From a virus (taxonomy: Duplodnaviria; Caudoviricetes): 64,000 nucleotides of DNA. Location: the IMG/VR virus record IMGVR_UViG_3300024269_004845; one strand, 5' to 3'. Shown here piece by piece: positions 50,949 through 60,897 of this stretch (its first letter is position 1; every line of letters starts with the position of its first letter). Below the pieces are notes generated by a model. The model made no database searches. It was not told the origin of the DNA and saw nothing but the letters and a program-made list of their open reading frames with translations. Position numbers and translations under genes: made by a program.

Positions 50949-51151
50949 AAAGGGTTCCTCCTAAATTATACTTGCTTATAATATACCATTCAACCTGTTT
51001 AAAGTAAAGAGTAAAAATGTATTAGTAAAAAATATCTGTATGTGATAATGAAAAGGTTTTAAATATATAATAATAGTAACCACAATAAAAAGGAATAAGA
51101 ACATTCCTGGTAAAGAAAATATGGCTAAAAGCCAACAAGGAGGAAAATAAT

Positions 51152-52141
51152 ATGGAAAACAAGACTAATCTCAAGGCATGTGTGTTCGTGGGTGTTTCTA
51201 CTCGTGGTGGCACTCGAGTAATTTCTCTGGCGAATCGTGGCGTTCGTCACAACAACTCTGTGGTCATCTACAAGGATGCTACCGTATATGAGAGCAAGAA
51301 AAATCTGGAAGATGCTCTCTACAAGCTGTCTCGTCAGGCAACTCAGGGTTGTCCTTTTCCTGGCGTTTACGCCATCCCCGAAGAAAGCATTCCGCTGCTT
51401 ACCAAGATGATTGACAATGCAGAGGCTGCTTTCGATGCAGGTATGAAGGAAATTGAGGACAACTATGATGCTCTTAAGAAGGCTAACTGGACAGAAGTTG
51501 AAAGTGCAATTTCCAAGATGGGCAAGACTGAACAGGCTGAAGTCACGAAGATGTTTAATTCTCACTATCCCGATGTGAATGAGATTAAGCGTACTCGCAA
51601 GATGCATGTGACCATTCTCACCAGTCCTTTCGGTATGCCTTCGAACATTGACCTGCTTTCTGAGCGTATCGCTGATACTGCGCAGGAACTGTTCAAGAAG
51701 GCCGTATTCGCAGAGCTCGTACCCGTTTACTCCGCTCTTGCAACATACTATACCAAATTGAGCAACGGACAGGAAGTCGGTATGAAGTCTCAGAATCACT
51801 TCCGCGATAAGGTTGTTCCTGAGCTTTCCGAAACGAATACTATTCGTCGTGATGGGTTCACCGACAAGGTTATTCAGGCCGTCAAGTACAATCTGGATAG
51901 CGTTTTCGAAGACCCTATGATTTGCTACAATATCCTTCTGAATATCTATGAGGAGGCCAAACAGAACGGTATGGAAGATGAACTTCCCGACCTGGCCGCT
52001 CTCGAAGTTCAGAAGCTCAAGGGCGTTACTACTCCTGCATATCTTCTGACTCTCGAAATGATTGAGGAAGATGTACCTAATCGCACTCCCATTGATGACA
52101 TGGTGGGTCGTGTAGATGTATCTGCATTGGAGGTGATGTAA
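51152..52141 (+). CDS. DUF3150-like protein
   Basis: FPGVYAIPEE..L..IDN..F...IEDNYD..W..YP pattern recalled for DUF3150; GC-richer codons. Confidence 0.5.
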   Translation: MENKTNLKACVFVGVSTRGGTRVISLANRGVRHNNSVVIYKDATVYESKKNLEDALYKLSRQATQGCPFPGVYAIPEESIPLLTKMIDNAEAAFDAGMKEIEDNYDALKKANWTEVESAISKMGKTEQAEVTKMFNSHYPDVNEIKRTRKMHVTILTSPFGMPSNIDLLSERIADTAQELFKKAVFAELVPVYSALATYYTKLSNGQEVGMKSQNHFRDKVVPELSETNTIRRDGFTDKVIQAVKYNLDSVFEDPMICYNILLNIYEEAKQNGMEDELPDLAALEVQKLKGVTTPAYLLTLEMIEEDVPNRTPIDDMVGRVDVSALEVM

Positions 52142-52779
52142 TGGATATTTTCGGATTCGTAGGACCATCAGGCAGTGGTAAAACATTGCTGACAAGAGCA
52201 ATCGAAGCGTTTTTCAAAACGAAGGCGATGGGTATGATTCCTAATGGTTATGAACCTATTATCATTGAGGCCGTAAAAGCCAACATGCATAAAGAGGTTA
52301 AGCCTATCGGGGATAAAGTCGTTACAAAGGAAGTAATCAGCCATACTACAAGAAATCCTCGTAAAGGGGAAATCAATGGCATTCATTATCACTTTGTAAG
52401 TGTAGAAGAGTTTAAGGCTCTCGAGAAATACGAGGAAACCATTTATAACGGTGACCATTATGGCTTGACTGTAAATGCTGTAAATGAGGTTTTGCGTTTC
52501 GCAGAATTTGCTATTGCAGTTGTTGACCAGAAGGGTATCGAAAATATTCGTCGTATAACTCCTGATATCCGTGCTATCTTCATCAAGACTACGTTGGAGG
52601 TCATGGAGGAACATATGAGAGCTCGAGGCGATTCTGAAGAAAACATCGCTAAGAGGCTGAACAATGCGGTTGCGAACAATGAGTTGGAATTTCCTGGTGC
52701 CGATTATGTAATCGATAATACTGGGGAACTTTCTAAAACTCTTGGAGAGGCAATCGATATTATCGAATCTTTCCGATAA
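52141..52779 (+). CDS. Guanylate kinase-like protein
   Basis: GPSGSGKT, SHTTRNPRKGEINGIHYHFVS, RGDSEENIAKRL. Confidence 0.85.
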   Translation: MDIFGFVGPSGSGKTLLTRAIEAFFKTKAMGMIPNGYEPIIIEAVKANMHKEVKPIGDKVVTKEVISHTTRNPRKGEINGIHYHFVSVEEFKALEKYEETIYNGDHYGLTVNAVNEVLRFAEFAIAVVDQKGIENIRRITPDIRAIFIKTTLEVMEEHMRARGDSEENIAKRLNNAVANNELEFPGADYVIDNTGELSKTLGEAIDIIESFR

Positions 52780-52819
52780 AAATAAAACCAGGAACCGTAA
52801 GGCTCCTGGTTTTATTTTT

Positions 52820-53905
52820 TTATAATAAATCTTTGTCAGAAACATCAAACTCTATTTCAATATCCTCAAAAGAATCCGTTTTCTTTTTTTCGTCTTTTTT
52901 ATCTTTTTGCTGATTTTTAGGGTCTTGTTTTTGACCTGAATTATCAGTTTTGGTTTCGACAACTTCTGGTAATTGATATATGGATGTATTCTTTTTAGGA
53001 ATTGGGTTATCTCCATCTTCTACTAAAGTTGAAGGTTTTGTTTCAATAATCAAATCTTCTTTTGCGGGTTGTTTTTTGGGCTCATTTTTCTTGTTTTGAG
53101 CCTTTTCTACGACGTTTTTAACGGGCTGAATAGGTGTTTGTTTTACAACTGGTTTTTGTGAATCGCCCATTTTAAGAGTATTTACATTATTTTGCGGCTC
53201 ATTAAAATAACTGTTACCTAATTTTGTATGAAATTTTTTATCAATTATTCTGTCTAGGTCCCTAATTTTATTGATTAGGTCTTTCATTTTCTTTTCGTCG
53301 GCTGCAATATCTACGTTTATATAGAATTTATAGTCAATAGAAAAGCTTTGAGTTTTTTTATTATAATAGACTAAAGAATATCCATGGTCTATATCTTCTG
53401 GCATTTTCATCTCTCCATAAATTTCTTTAAGTACTTGGTTTAATCTTAAAACTGCAAATTTTTCAACAAAGCCTCGTCTTTTCATGAGTGGTATAATTTC
53501 TGTTTGATTTACGCCAAAAGATGACATTATGTAATTTCTGTTCAAATCAAATTGATGAATTATTATTATTTTATTAATATCTAATGAATTTTTTGTATTC
53601 ATAGATGTAGTAAAACCGATATCAATCATGTACTCATTTATTTTTTTTCTCACTAAATCAAACTCATAATTTAGCTCGCTTGTATTTTTTGTAAATTCTT
53701 TTCTTTTTGAAAGCATTATTTCAAAGTCTTCATCTGAAATATTTTCATTCAATATATTTCTAAAGATTTTTTCATCAATTTTCTTTTCATTATATAATAT
53801 ATTGACAGCTTCTTTTAGTGATTCGTCTATAGAATCCGAATAATGTTTCTTAAATTCGGAGCGATATTCTAAAAGTGTTCTGCCTGATTTATTCAATCTT
53901 TCCAT
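52820..53905 (-). CDS. Hypothetical protein with disordered C-terminus
   Basis: Long ORF downstream of lepB; AAGGAG RBS. Confidence 0.55.
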   Translation of the reverse strand: MERLNKSGRTLLEYRSEFKKHYSDSIDESLKEAVNILYNEKKIDEKIFRNILNENISDEDFEIMLSKRKEFTKNTSELNYEFDLVRKKINEYMIDIGFTTSMNTKNSLDINKIIIIHQFDLNRNYIMSSFGVNQTEIIPLMKRRGFVEKFAVLRLNQVLKEIYGEMKMPEDIDHGYSLVYYNKKTQSFSIDYKFYINVDIAADEKKMKDLINKIRDLDRIIDKKFHTKLGNSYFNEPQNNVNTLKMGDSQKPVVKQTPIQPVKNVVEKAQNKKNEPKKQPAKEDLIIETKPSTLVEDGDNPIPKKNTSIYQLPEVVETKTDNSGQKQDPKNQQKDKKDEKKKTDSFEDIEIEFDVSDKDLL

Positions 53906-53921
53906 TACTCGAACTCCTTTC

Positions 53922-54434
53922 TTATTTTATTATTTGTGGCTTTGGGAATACCTCCAAAATAACTTTTCCCATTATTTGTTCATGGGGGACTAAACCTACC
54001 AACTCGAATCGGCTATCTAGACTATTTTGTCGATTGTCACCCATTAAAAAGTAGTTCCCATCAGTTACTCTTACTTCTAGGTTTTCTAGTGGTGGGTTAT
54101 TGATATATGGCTCATCTATTTTTTCGCCATTTACAAAAACTTCACCGTTTTCGATTTTTATTGTGTCTCCAGGGATAGCGATAACTCTTTTAATTAATGC
54201 CTTGCCAAGGGTGGGAGAATCAAAAACAACTACATCTCCATGACTATATTCTTCTGTGAAATAGTATCTAGAAGCAAATAAAAAATTTCCGTGTGTAAAT
54301 GTTGGGTTCATTGAACTACCATCTACTTTTACTGAAAAAACAAAAATAGACATAAATAAATATATAAATATAGCGAATATGATTGTCATCGTCCAATCCT
54401 TCAATTCTTTTTTTTGCTTGTCTGTAAAAAACAT
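53922..54434 (-). CDS. lepB: Signal peptidase I
   Basis: GSSMNPT (Ser), LIKRVIA (Lys), GDNRQNSLDSR. Confidence 0.93.
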   Translation of the reverse strand: MFFTDKQKKELKDWTMTIIFAIFIYLFMSIFVFSVKVDGSSMNPTFTHGNFLFASRYYFTEEYSHGDVVVFDSPTLGKALIKRVIAIPGDTIKIENGEVFVNGEKIDEPYINNPPLENLEVRVTDGNYFLMGDNRQNSLDSRFELVGLVPHEQIMGKVILEVFPKPQIIK

Positions 54435-54602
54435 TATAGCACCTCTCATCATTTTCTTATTTTACATTATATATTATTTTAAAATAAAAAACAATATTTA
54501 AATGTTTTTAGCTATGGGATTTTCTGGCTTTCTATTTATTTTTTATCTGTAAATATGTTATAATATAGATATAGGATAAAACAAAAGAAAAGAGGGCGGA
54601 AT

Positions 54603-55250
54603 ATGAAGAATTATTTACAGTTCGAAAATTTTCTGAATCATCCCAAGGTTGCAGAAAAGAACTCAAAAGTTTTGGAAGCTGCTATGAAAAAACATCGTTT
54701 GCGCTTTCCTCAAGAAAGGGATACTGAGGTCGAAAACCATCGTTTCACACCATTCGTATATACATTCTACGATATGGTTGAGAAAAGTGGATGGGTACCA
54801 TTCCAAGATTCTTTCGCTAATGAGTACATAAAGCAACATAGCGAAGAATTTGGAGACCTGTATAACAGAAAGAAAAGTGCTATTGATGCTCGTCTGCGTA
54901 GATGTCATCCTTCCTATGCCAGAGACCTTCATTTTGCAATGAAATGTAAGGAATCAGGGTTGTTTGATGATGTGATTTACAACGTAGACCTCGACGTGAA
55001 ACAGGGTATCGACTTACTTATTCTTAAAAACGCTCATTTTTATGGTATTCATTGCTTTACCAGAACTTCTCGTGGGCAGTTTTTCAGAGATAGGAAAGAT
55101 AATCGTCATGAAGATAAAAACAACTTCGTTACGGAATTGGATTTTACCGTTTATAAAGAAGATGGTTATTCTTGTGGTGATTATTTTCTCTTTGGAGATA
55201 AACAGGTCAAGGCGTTAGCAGAACTTATCCAAAACGCAAGCATTTCATAA
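54603..55250 (+). CDS. Possible restriction-endonuclease-like (PD-(D/E)xK, TaqI-like) protein
   Basis: ARLRR..SYARDLH..DLDVKQGIDLLI; the second acidic/Lys motif is not canonical. Confidence 0.4.
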   Translation: MKNYLQFENFLNHPKVAEKNSKVLEAAMKKHRLRFPQERDTEVENHRFTPFVYTFYDMVEKSGWVPFQDSFANEYIKQHSEEFGDLYNRKKSAIDARLRRCHPSYARDLHFAMKCKESGLFDDVIYNVDLDVKQGIDLLILKNAHFYGIHCFTRTSRGQFFRDRKDNRHEDKNNFVTELDFTVYKEDGYSCGDYFLFGDKQVKALAELIQNASIS

Positions 55251-55288
55251 CAAAAAGCCGAATCTTTCGATTCGGCTTTTCTTTTTTT

Positions 55289-57649
55289 TTATTTTTTGGT
55301 TTCAAAAATAAAATCTAATTTCGAAAAATCATCAGAATACTTCAGTTTCGCGTACCAAGGCTTTCCATTTTTAAAGAACTTTTTGGTGGCAGTAGTCTTT
55401 CCTGATAGTAAATCTTTTACATCTTTGTCTGTTAGATTCGAATTACAGATTGTTTTACTTAGGAAAAAGCTACATTCCTCGTTATCACATTTGCAAATTT
55501 TGCCTTTATCAATGATTTCGCCACCGCATTTAGGGCATTTTGCAACTGCTTTTTCTTGTGCAAAAGAATACTTAACAGTTTTAGTTTCGTCATCAATAAT
55601 TAAGCTAGCTTCAAATGTTTTTCCTGTGGTTTTACTTTTGAATTTCATGACTTTAGTTGCATTTCCGTTAAGAAGTTTTTTGATTTCTCCATCTGGGATA
55701 TCTTTTCCACCGATGTTTCTTGCAATAACGAAATCACAAGGGTCAACTTCTCCCTTATAATTTCTACAAATAGCATATTTGTTTCCGAGAACAACATCTT
55801 TTCCGCACTTTGGGCACTTGCCAATAGCTTCCTTGGTTGCATTTCCACCAAAATTGGTGTTTATTGTATTAATAAAATCTTTTGTTTCTTTTTCTGTGTA
55901 TGCTCGCATTTCCTTCATAAAATTATCCATACTTAAATCGGATTCTTCCATTTTGCGAAGTTTTTCTTCCCATTGAGCAGTCATATCAGGAAGAATTACG
56001 TCCTTACCAGTTAAAACTTCAATCACAGATTTCCCTAGGTCTGTCGCTCTAATGGTTTTACCTTTTCTGGTAAGAAGATTTTTCTCAATCAATCTCTCAA
56101 TTATACCAGCTCTTGTGGCAGCTGTGCCAAGGCCCTTGGTTTCAACTAGGATTTCTTTTAGTGATTCATCCTCAAGGAATTTACCAGCTTGCTGCATGGC
56201 TGCGAGGAGAGAGCTGTCTGTATAAGGCTTAGGAGGCTGTGTCTGTTTTGCGTTTAATTTATAATCTTTTACGTCGTATTCCTCTCCTTGCTTTACAGGT
56301 GGCAGTTCAACATCTTCACTTGGTTTCTTATAAATCTCTTTATATCCTAACTGAATGACTACACTGCCTGTGGTTTTAAATTTTTCGCCGTTTGTATCTG
56401 TAATAATTACAGTTTTATTTGTAATACATGGGTCCATAAATATAGATATGGTCTTTTTGATTACTAGCATATATAACTTTTTCTCTTTATCAGTTAATGC
56501 TGAAAGATTCGGCTTTTGTTTTGTGAAAATAATGGCATGGTGGTCCGTAACTTTTTTGTTGTCTACATATTTTTTGTTTGCCATTGTTCTTGAAATTCTA
56601 GTAGGGTCAGCGAGAATTGCTTTAACATGTTTTTCTACTTCGGGAACATCTTTAATTGCTTCCAGATGCTTAACAATTTCTTTTGAAAGATTTGTAGATA
56701 ATGCTCTGGATTCAGTTCTTGGATATGATAAAATCTTGTGTTTTTCGTATAAGGCTTGTGCAATATCCAATGTTTCATTTGCCGTAAATCCATAAACTCT
56801 GTTAGCTTCTTTCTGAAGCTCAGCCAAAGAAAACAGAGCAGGAGCAAATTCTGTAACTTTGTTTTCTTCAACCGATTCAATTTTCCCTTTTTTACCAAGT
56901 CTTGAAATTAGCTTTTTTGCATCTTCTTCTGTTTTAAAAGAATTTTCGTTAGTGTCGGGATTAAACCAAAGACCTTTGTACTTTCCAAAATCAGCTTCAA
57001 TTTCATAGTAATTTTCAGGCTTAAAGTTTTCGATTGCTAAATCACGTTGAACAACAATATTTAAGGTTGGAGTCTGCACTCTGCCAACAGGGATTAATTT
57101 ATTTGTCTTTAATGTTGCGGCTCGGCTAAGGTTCATACCAATTAACCAGTCAGAATACATTCTACAGAGAGAAGAATCTCTTAAAGCATTCAAATACTTA
57201 TCAGAACTATATTCTAGCAAGTTATCTAATGCTAGAGAAAGAGTTTCTGTGGTTGTATCCGATGCCCATAAGCGTTTAACAGGCAACTTACAACCTGTCT
57301 TCATATAAAATGTCCAAAAGATTGCTTCGCCTTCTCGACCCGCGTCGCATGCATTTACTACGAAGTCATAAACTCCGCTATTTAATGCGTCTTTGATGTT
57401 TTTATATTCTTTTGAACAATCGCTTTTTACGTTGAAAGTAAATTTTTCGGGTATCATTGGGAGGACGTCTAAGTTCCATGGTTTACCCCATTTAGATTCA
57501 TAATCATCTGGCTGACTTAATTCCATGAAATGCCCTCTAAACGACATAAAATCTGCATCATAACTTCTTGATGCAGTACCAAAAGAACTTTTTATATCTC
57601 TCATCAATGATGGTTTTTCTGCAAGAATTAGTGCTCTCAAATTAAACAA
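55289..57649 (-). CDS. topB: DNA topoisomerase III with C-terminal zinc-ribbon repeats
   Basis: LAEKPS, DAGREGE, GRVQTPTL, SYPRT (catalytic Tyr), GLGTAATRA, two CPKCG. Confidence 0.93.
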   Translation of the reverse strand: MFNLRALILAEKPSLMRDIKSSFGTASRSYDADFMSFRGHFMELSQPDDYESKWGKPWNLDVLPMIPEKFTFNVKSDCSKEYKNIKDALNSGVYDFVVNACDAGREGEAIFWTFYMKTGCKLPVKRLWASDTTTETLSLALDNLLEYSSDKYLNALRDSSLCRMYSDWLIGMNLSRAATLKTNKLIPVGRVQTPTLNIVVQRDLAIENFKPENYYEIEADFGKYKGLWFNPDTNENSFKTEEDAKKLISRLGKKGKIESVEENKVTEFAPALFSLAELQKEANRVYGFTANETLDIAQALYEKHKILSYPRTESRALSTNLSKEIVKHLEAIKDVPEVEKHVKAILADPTRISRTMANKKYVDNKKVTDHHAIIFTKQKPNLSALTDKEKKLYMLVIKKTISIFMDPCITNKTVIITDTNGEKFKTTGSVVIQLGYKEIYKKPSEDVELPPVKQGEEYDVKDYKLNAKQTQPPKPYTDSSLLAAMQQAGKFLEDESLKEILVETKGLGTAATRAGIIERLIEKNLLTRKGKTIRATDLGKSVIEVLTGKDVILPDMTAQWEEKLRKMEESDLSMDNFMKEMRAYTEKETKDFINTINTNFGGNATKEAIGKCPKCGKDVVLGNKYAICRNYKGEVDPCDFVIARNIGGKDIPDGEIKKLLNGNATKVMKFKSKTTGKTFEASLIIDDETKTVKYSFAQEKAVAKCPKCGGEIIDKGKICKCDNEECSFFLSKTICNSNLTDKDVKDLLSGKTTATKKFFKNGKPWYAKLKYSDDFSKLDFIFETKK

Positions 57650-57843
57650 ACCTCATTTCTTTTTGGATTTTATAAAATAATTATAACGCATTTTTCAAAA
57701 AAAATCAATAGGGAAGGGATGGAATTGAAGGAATTTTTAAAAATCTTTATCGTTCAATATATTAATATTTTGTAGTTATATATATTGCATTCTTTATTAT
57801 ATCTTTATTATTCAATTAATTTCATTTGTCTGTTAGTTATCTA

Positions 57844-57874
57844 GTTGAATAAAATTAGTCTAATTTTATTCAAC
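57844..57874. repeat. Perfect 15-bp inverted repeat, 1-nt spacer
   Basis: GTTGAATAAAATTAG-t-CTAATTTTATTCAAC. Confidence 0.85.
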
Positions 57875-58099
57875 GTTATGATTATTATTTGTAATTGTAT
57901 TTTTCTACTACGTAATAAAATTAAGAAAGAAAAAAGAGTTTAAGAAATATATAATATTGAATGGGAGAATATATTGTTATGTGATTTAACGTCTTTGTTT
58001 TTATATTTAAGAAAAAACTTAAGTATAATTATAAAAACGATTAGATATTACTTGGATTTTTCTTTTTGTCCGTGAAATATACTAGATGGGGGTGTCAAC

Positions 58100-59167
58100 A
58101 TGTTTAAAAATCTAAGAAAAGAACGAATCATTTGTATATTACTTATGATTGTTTCGATTTTTGCTTTTGTTACATTTTTAAATACTGAATCTGTTTTTGC
58201 TGATAGAACAAGTGCTCTTAATGACGGTGCTCAATTGTGGGGTGCTGGCACTACTTGTTCTTGTGCTCCAACTTATGCAGTAATCGAAAGGAGTAATGAA
58301 GCAGATGGTAGTGTAAAGGGCACTACAGTAAATTATGCTAATCCTACTGTTGAAACTAAAAATTCGGCAAAAGTTTGTAGATACACTAGAGATGATGGTG
58401 GTACTATTAAAACATTAGATGTACAATGTAATAAACCAAACGGTAGTGTCTATATGCAAAAATACATAGATGCTGGCATATTTGAAGATGATAATGACGC
58501 CAATAAATTTTATAATGATGCATATGCTTATGCGGGATATGTTCAGCAAGGATTATCTACAAAAACCCAAAGTGGTGTAACTATTGGTATTTCTAATATT
58601 CAAACTGATATTACTGGTAGTGGATGGTCTGATATGGGTAATGGACAATTTCAGAGAGCAATGTTTGAATTTAATAATAATGCACATTATGTATATTCTT
58701 TCTTGATTGGATTTGCTTTTGTTACAGCAATGTTAGTATTTATACTCATTTTTATGAAAATAACTTGGTTGCCTGACCACCCTATTAAGAGAAGAGAAGC
58801 TATGGAAGACATCGTAACCAGCGGCGTTTCTGTTATTCTTACTGGTGGTATTTGGGTTGTTATTAGTTTATTCCAATCTATATTCGACCGTTTTTGGTCC
58901 TCTTATGCAGTTTATTCGAAAGATTGGAGAAGCGTTGCAAATATGTTCTTATATGAATATAAGGGATTAGTTATTGGGATACTTGGTGTTGCTGCTTTAA
59001 CTGCTCTTTTAATGTTAATTAAAAATTTCGTCGGTTTGTCCTTTAGTGGGGACAACCCAGGAGCAAGAAAACAAAAAATCATTTCAATTCTATTCTGTGG
59101 AATCGCAACTGCTGGTCTAGGTGGATTAGCAATTGTTATGGGATTCTTCTGGAACATGCTTGGATAA
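58100..59167 (+). CDS. Exported/membrane protein with two tandem VirB2/TrbC-pilin-like helical hairpins
   Basis: Signal peptide (SVFA); TM-PDHPIKRREA-TM and TM-GDNPGARKQK-TM repeats. Confidence 0.55.
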   Translation: MFKNLRKERIICILLMIVSIFAFVTFLNTESVFADRTSALNDGAQLWGAGTTCSCAPTYAVIERSNEADGSVKGTTVNYANPTVETKNSAKVCRYTRDDGGTIKTLDVQCNKPNGSVYMQKYIDAGIFEDDNDANKFYNDAYAYAGYVQQGLSTKTQSGVTIGISNIQTDITGSGWSDMGNGQFQRAMFEFNNNAHYVYSFLIGFAFVTAMLVFILIFMKITWLPDHPIKRREAMEDIVTSGVSVILTGGIWVVISLFQSIFDRFWSSYAVYSKDWRSVANMFLYEYKGLVIGILGVAALTALLMLIKNFVGLSFSGDNPGARKQKIISILFCGIATAGLGGLAIVMGFFWNMLG

Positions 59168-59213
59168 ATATACAAAAATTAAAAGAAGCTGCTTTCAAGC
59201 AGCTTCTTTTTTA

Positions 59214-59717
59214 TTAATATATTGGTTTGTCATTTTCGAATTTACCTGCGTAATTAAATAACACTTCTCCAGTTTGTTTATCTTGTATTTTTATAAATCC
59301 TGTGCCATCAAGTTTATTGTCTATAAAAAATCCAGATTTTGTTATTATTTTGTCTTCCGTAATGATGGTTATATCTCCTTCTTGTAGGTTGAAATTGTTA
59401 AAAGAGCCTTCAAGATAATATTCAACATTTTTATTTATTAAAGATATATTTCCTTCTTTAAAAACGCCATCCTTAAAAGTTCCTGTCAATTTAAAATCGT
59501 TATTTTCACTTTCTATAACTGTATATCCATTTAATTTATCATCGAGTAATTCACCTGATATCTTTAAAGTTGGATAAAATGTGCTATTAATATCATATGT
59601 TGTATCATCAGAAGATGGTTTCAGTAATGAAGTACAAATAATAATGGCTGTAATTATTGATACAATTAACAATCCAATAATTATATAAACTTTATTTTTT
59701 TGTATAAATTCCATCAA
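59214..59717 (-). CDS. Membrane-anchored protein with MORN-like beta repeats
   Basis: GTFKDG, GSFNN, GFFIDNKLDG, GKFEND. Confidence 0.55.
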   Translation of the reverse strand: MMEFIQKNKVYIIIGLLIVSIITAIIICTSLLKPSSDDTTYDINSTFYPTLKISGELLDDKLNGYTVIESENNDFKLTGTFKDGVFKEGNISLINKNVEYYLEGSFNNFNLQEGDITIITEDKIITKSGFFIDNKLDGTGFIKIQDKQTGEVLFNYAGKFENDKPIY

Positions 59718-59823
59718 TGCAACCTCCTTTTAGACTTTTTTAAAATTATATTCAGGGGGTTTTTAAAATATAGTTAATAAAAGAATTACAAGAATGAAAA
59801 TATATTTGTGGAGGCAAAAAATA

Positions 59824-60897
59824 ATGAAAAAAATACAGGAGTATTTTAAAGAATCTCCAGAGGTTCTAAATTTTATTCTATTTGTCGTTGGGGCCGTTTG
59901 TTTAGTATTCTTTACAAACCATTTAAGTGGTATATTTGCGCCCTTTTTAATTGCTTATATCGTCACAATGATAACTAGACCATTAATGGATAAACTAACA
60001 AATAAATTGCGAGTCCCTAGGTTATTGGCAACTATTATTTGTATGTTATTGATAGTTGTTGTCGGAGGGGTTGTGATTTGGTTCTTTATCCATAATATCG
60101 TAGATGGTATAACTTATGTAATTAATCTAATTAGTGACAAATTTACAACACAGAATATTCTTTCTTATGTGAATTTAATAGAAGAAAAATTAGATGCGTT
60201 TAATAAATTTGGGGAATTTGAAATAGATATAGTAACAATAACTAATGAATTTTACAGCTTAATTAAGGGATTAATTAGTTCTTTGTCTGCTATGAGTATT
60301 AACATTGCTATGGGAATTCCTGCTTTTCTTGTGGCTTTCATTATTGGCTGTATTGCATCTTTTTATATGCTATATGATTATCCTAGGATTTCTGGGTTTT
60401 TATCAAAGCAGTTTTCCGACAAAACGGCGAAAATAGTAAACGTATTTAATACGAATGTATTATTTTCTTTGATGAAAATGATATTTTCATATGCAATACT
60501 TTCAGTAGTTTGTTTCTGCGAACTAGCTATTGGTTTTTTTGTACTTGGTATAAAAGATGCTTGGTTTGTTGCGTTTATAATTGCCATTATTGATGTTTTC
60601 CCTATTCTAGGAAGTGGCGGTATATTAGTTCCTTGGTCAATTCTTAGTTTCTTAACTGGGAAGCCGATAATTGGTATTGGGCTGATTGTGTTGTGGGGAG
60701 TCATTATTGTTGTAAGACAGATATTAGAACCCAAAGTAGTAGGCGCACAAATAGGATTACATCCTTTACTGACTATCATGACCTTATTTATAGGGCTGAA
60801 AACTATGGGCGGATTAGGGTTGTTAATGGGACCACTATATGTCATAGTTTGTAAAAAGCTTACCGAATCTGGTATAATTAGCTTGTATAAAGAATAA
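59824..60897 (+). CDS. ytvI: YtvI-like AI-2E family membrane protein
   Basis: DVFPILGSGGILVPW, VRQILEPKVVGAQIGLHPL. Confidence 0.85.
   Translation: MKKIQEYFKESPEVLNFILFVVGAVCLVFFTNHLSGIFAPFLIAYIVTMITRPLMDKLTNKLRVPRLLATIICMLLIVVVGGVVIWFFIHNIVDGITYVINLISDKFTTQNILSYVNLIEEKLDAFNKFGEFEIDIVTITNEFYSLIKGLISSLSAMSINIAMGIPAFLVAFIIGCIASFYMLYDYPRISGFLSKQFSDKTAKIVNVFNTNVLFSLMKMIFSYAILSVVCFCELAIGFFVLGIKDAWFVAFIIAIIDVFPILGSGGILVPWSILSFLTGKPIIGIGLIVLWGVIIVVRQILEPKVVGAQIGLHPLLTIMTLFIGLKTMGGLGLLMGPLYVIVCKKLTESGIISLYKE

Noticed and set aside
51125-52848. Minus-strand ORFs of 358 aa and 226 aa
   Set aside because: Antisense shadows of the DUF3150-like and GMK-like genes, which have the RBSs and motifs.
57719-57945. 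Possible small membrane-protein gene or stop-codon recoding in the topB upstream gap
   Set aside because: All frames I tried are interrupted by stops. Other genes are intact under the standard code and one uses TAG as a true stop (6998), so there is no evidence of recoding.
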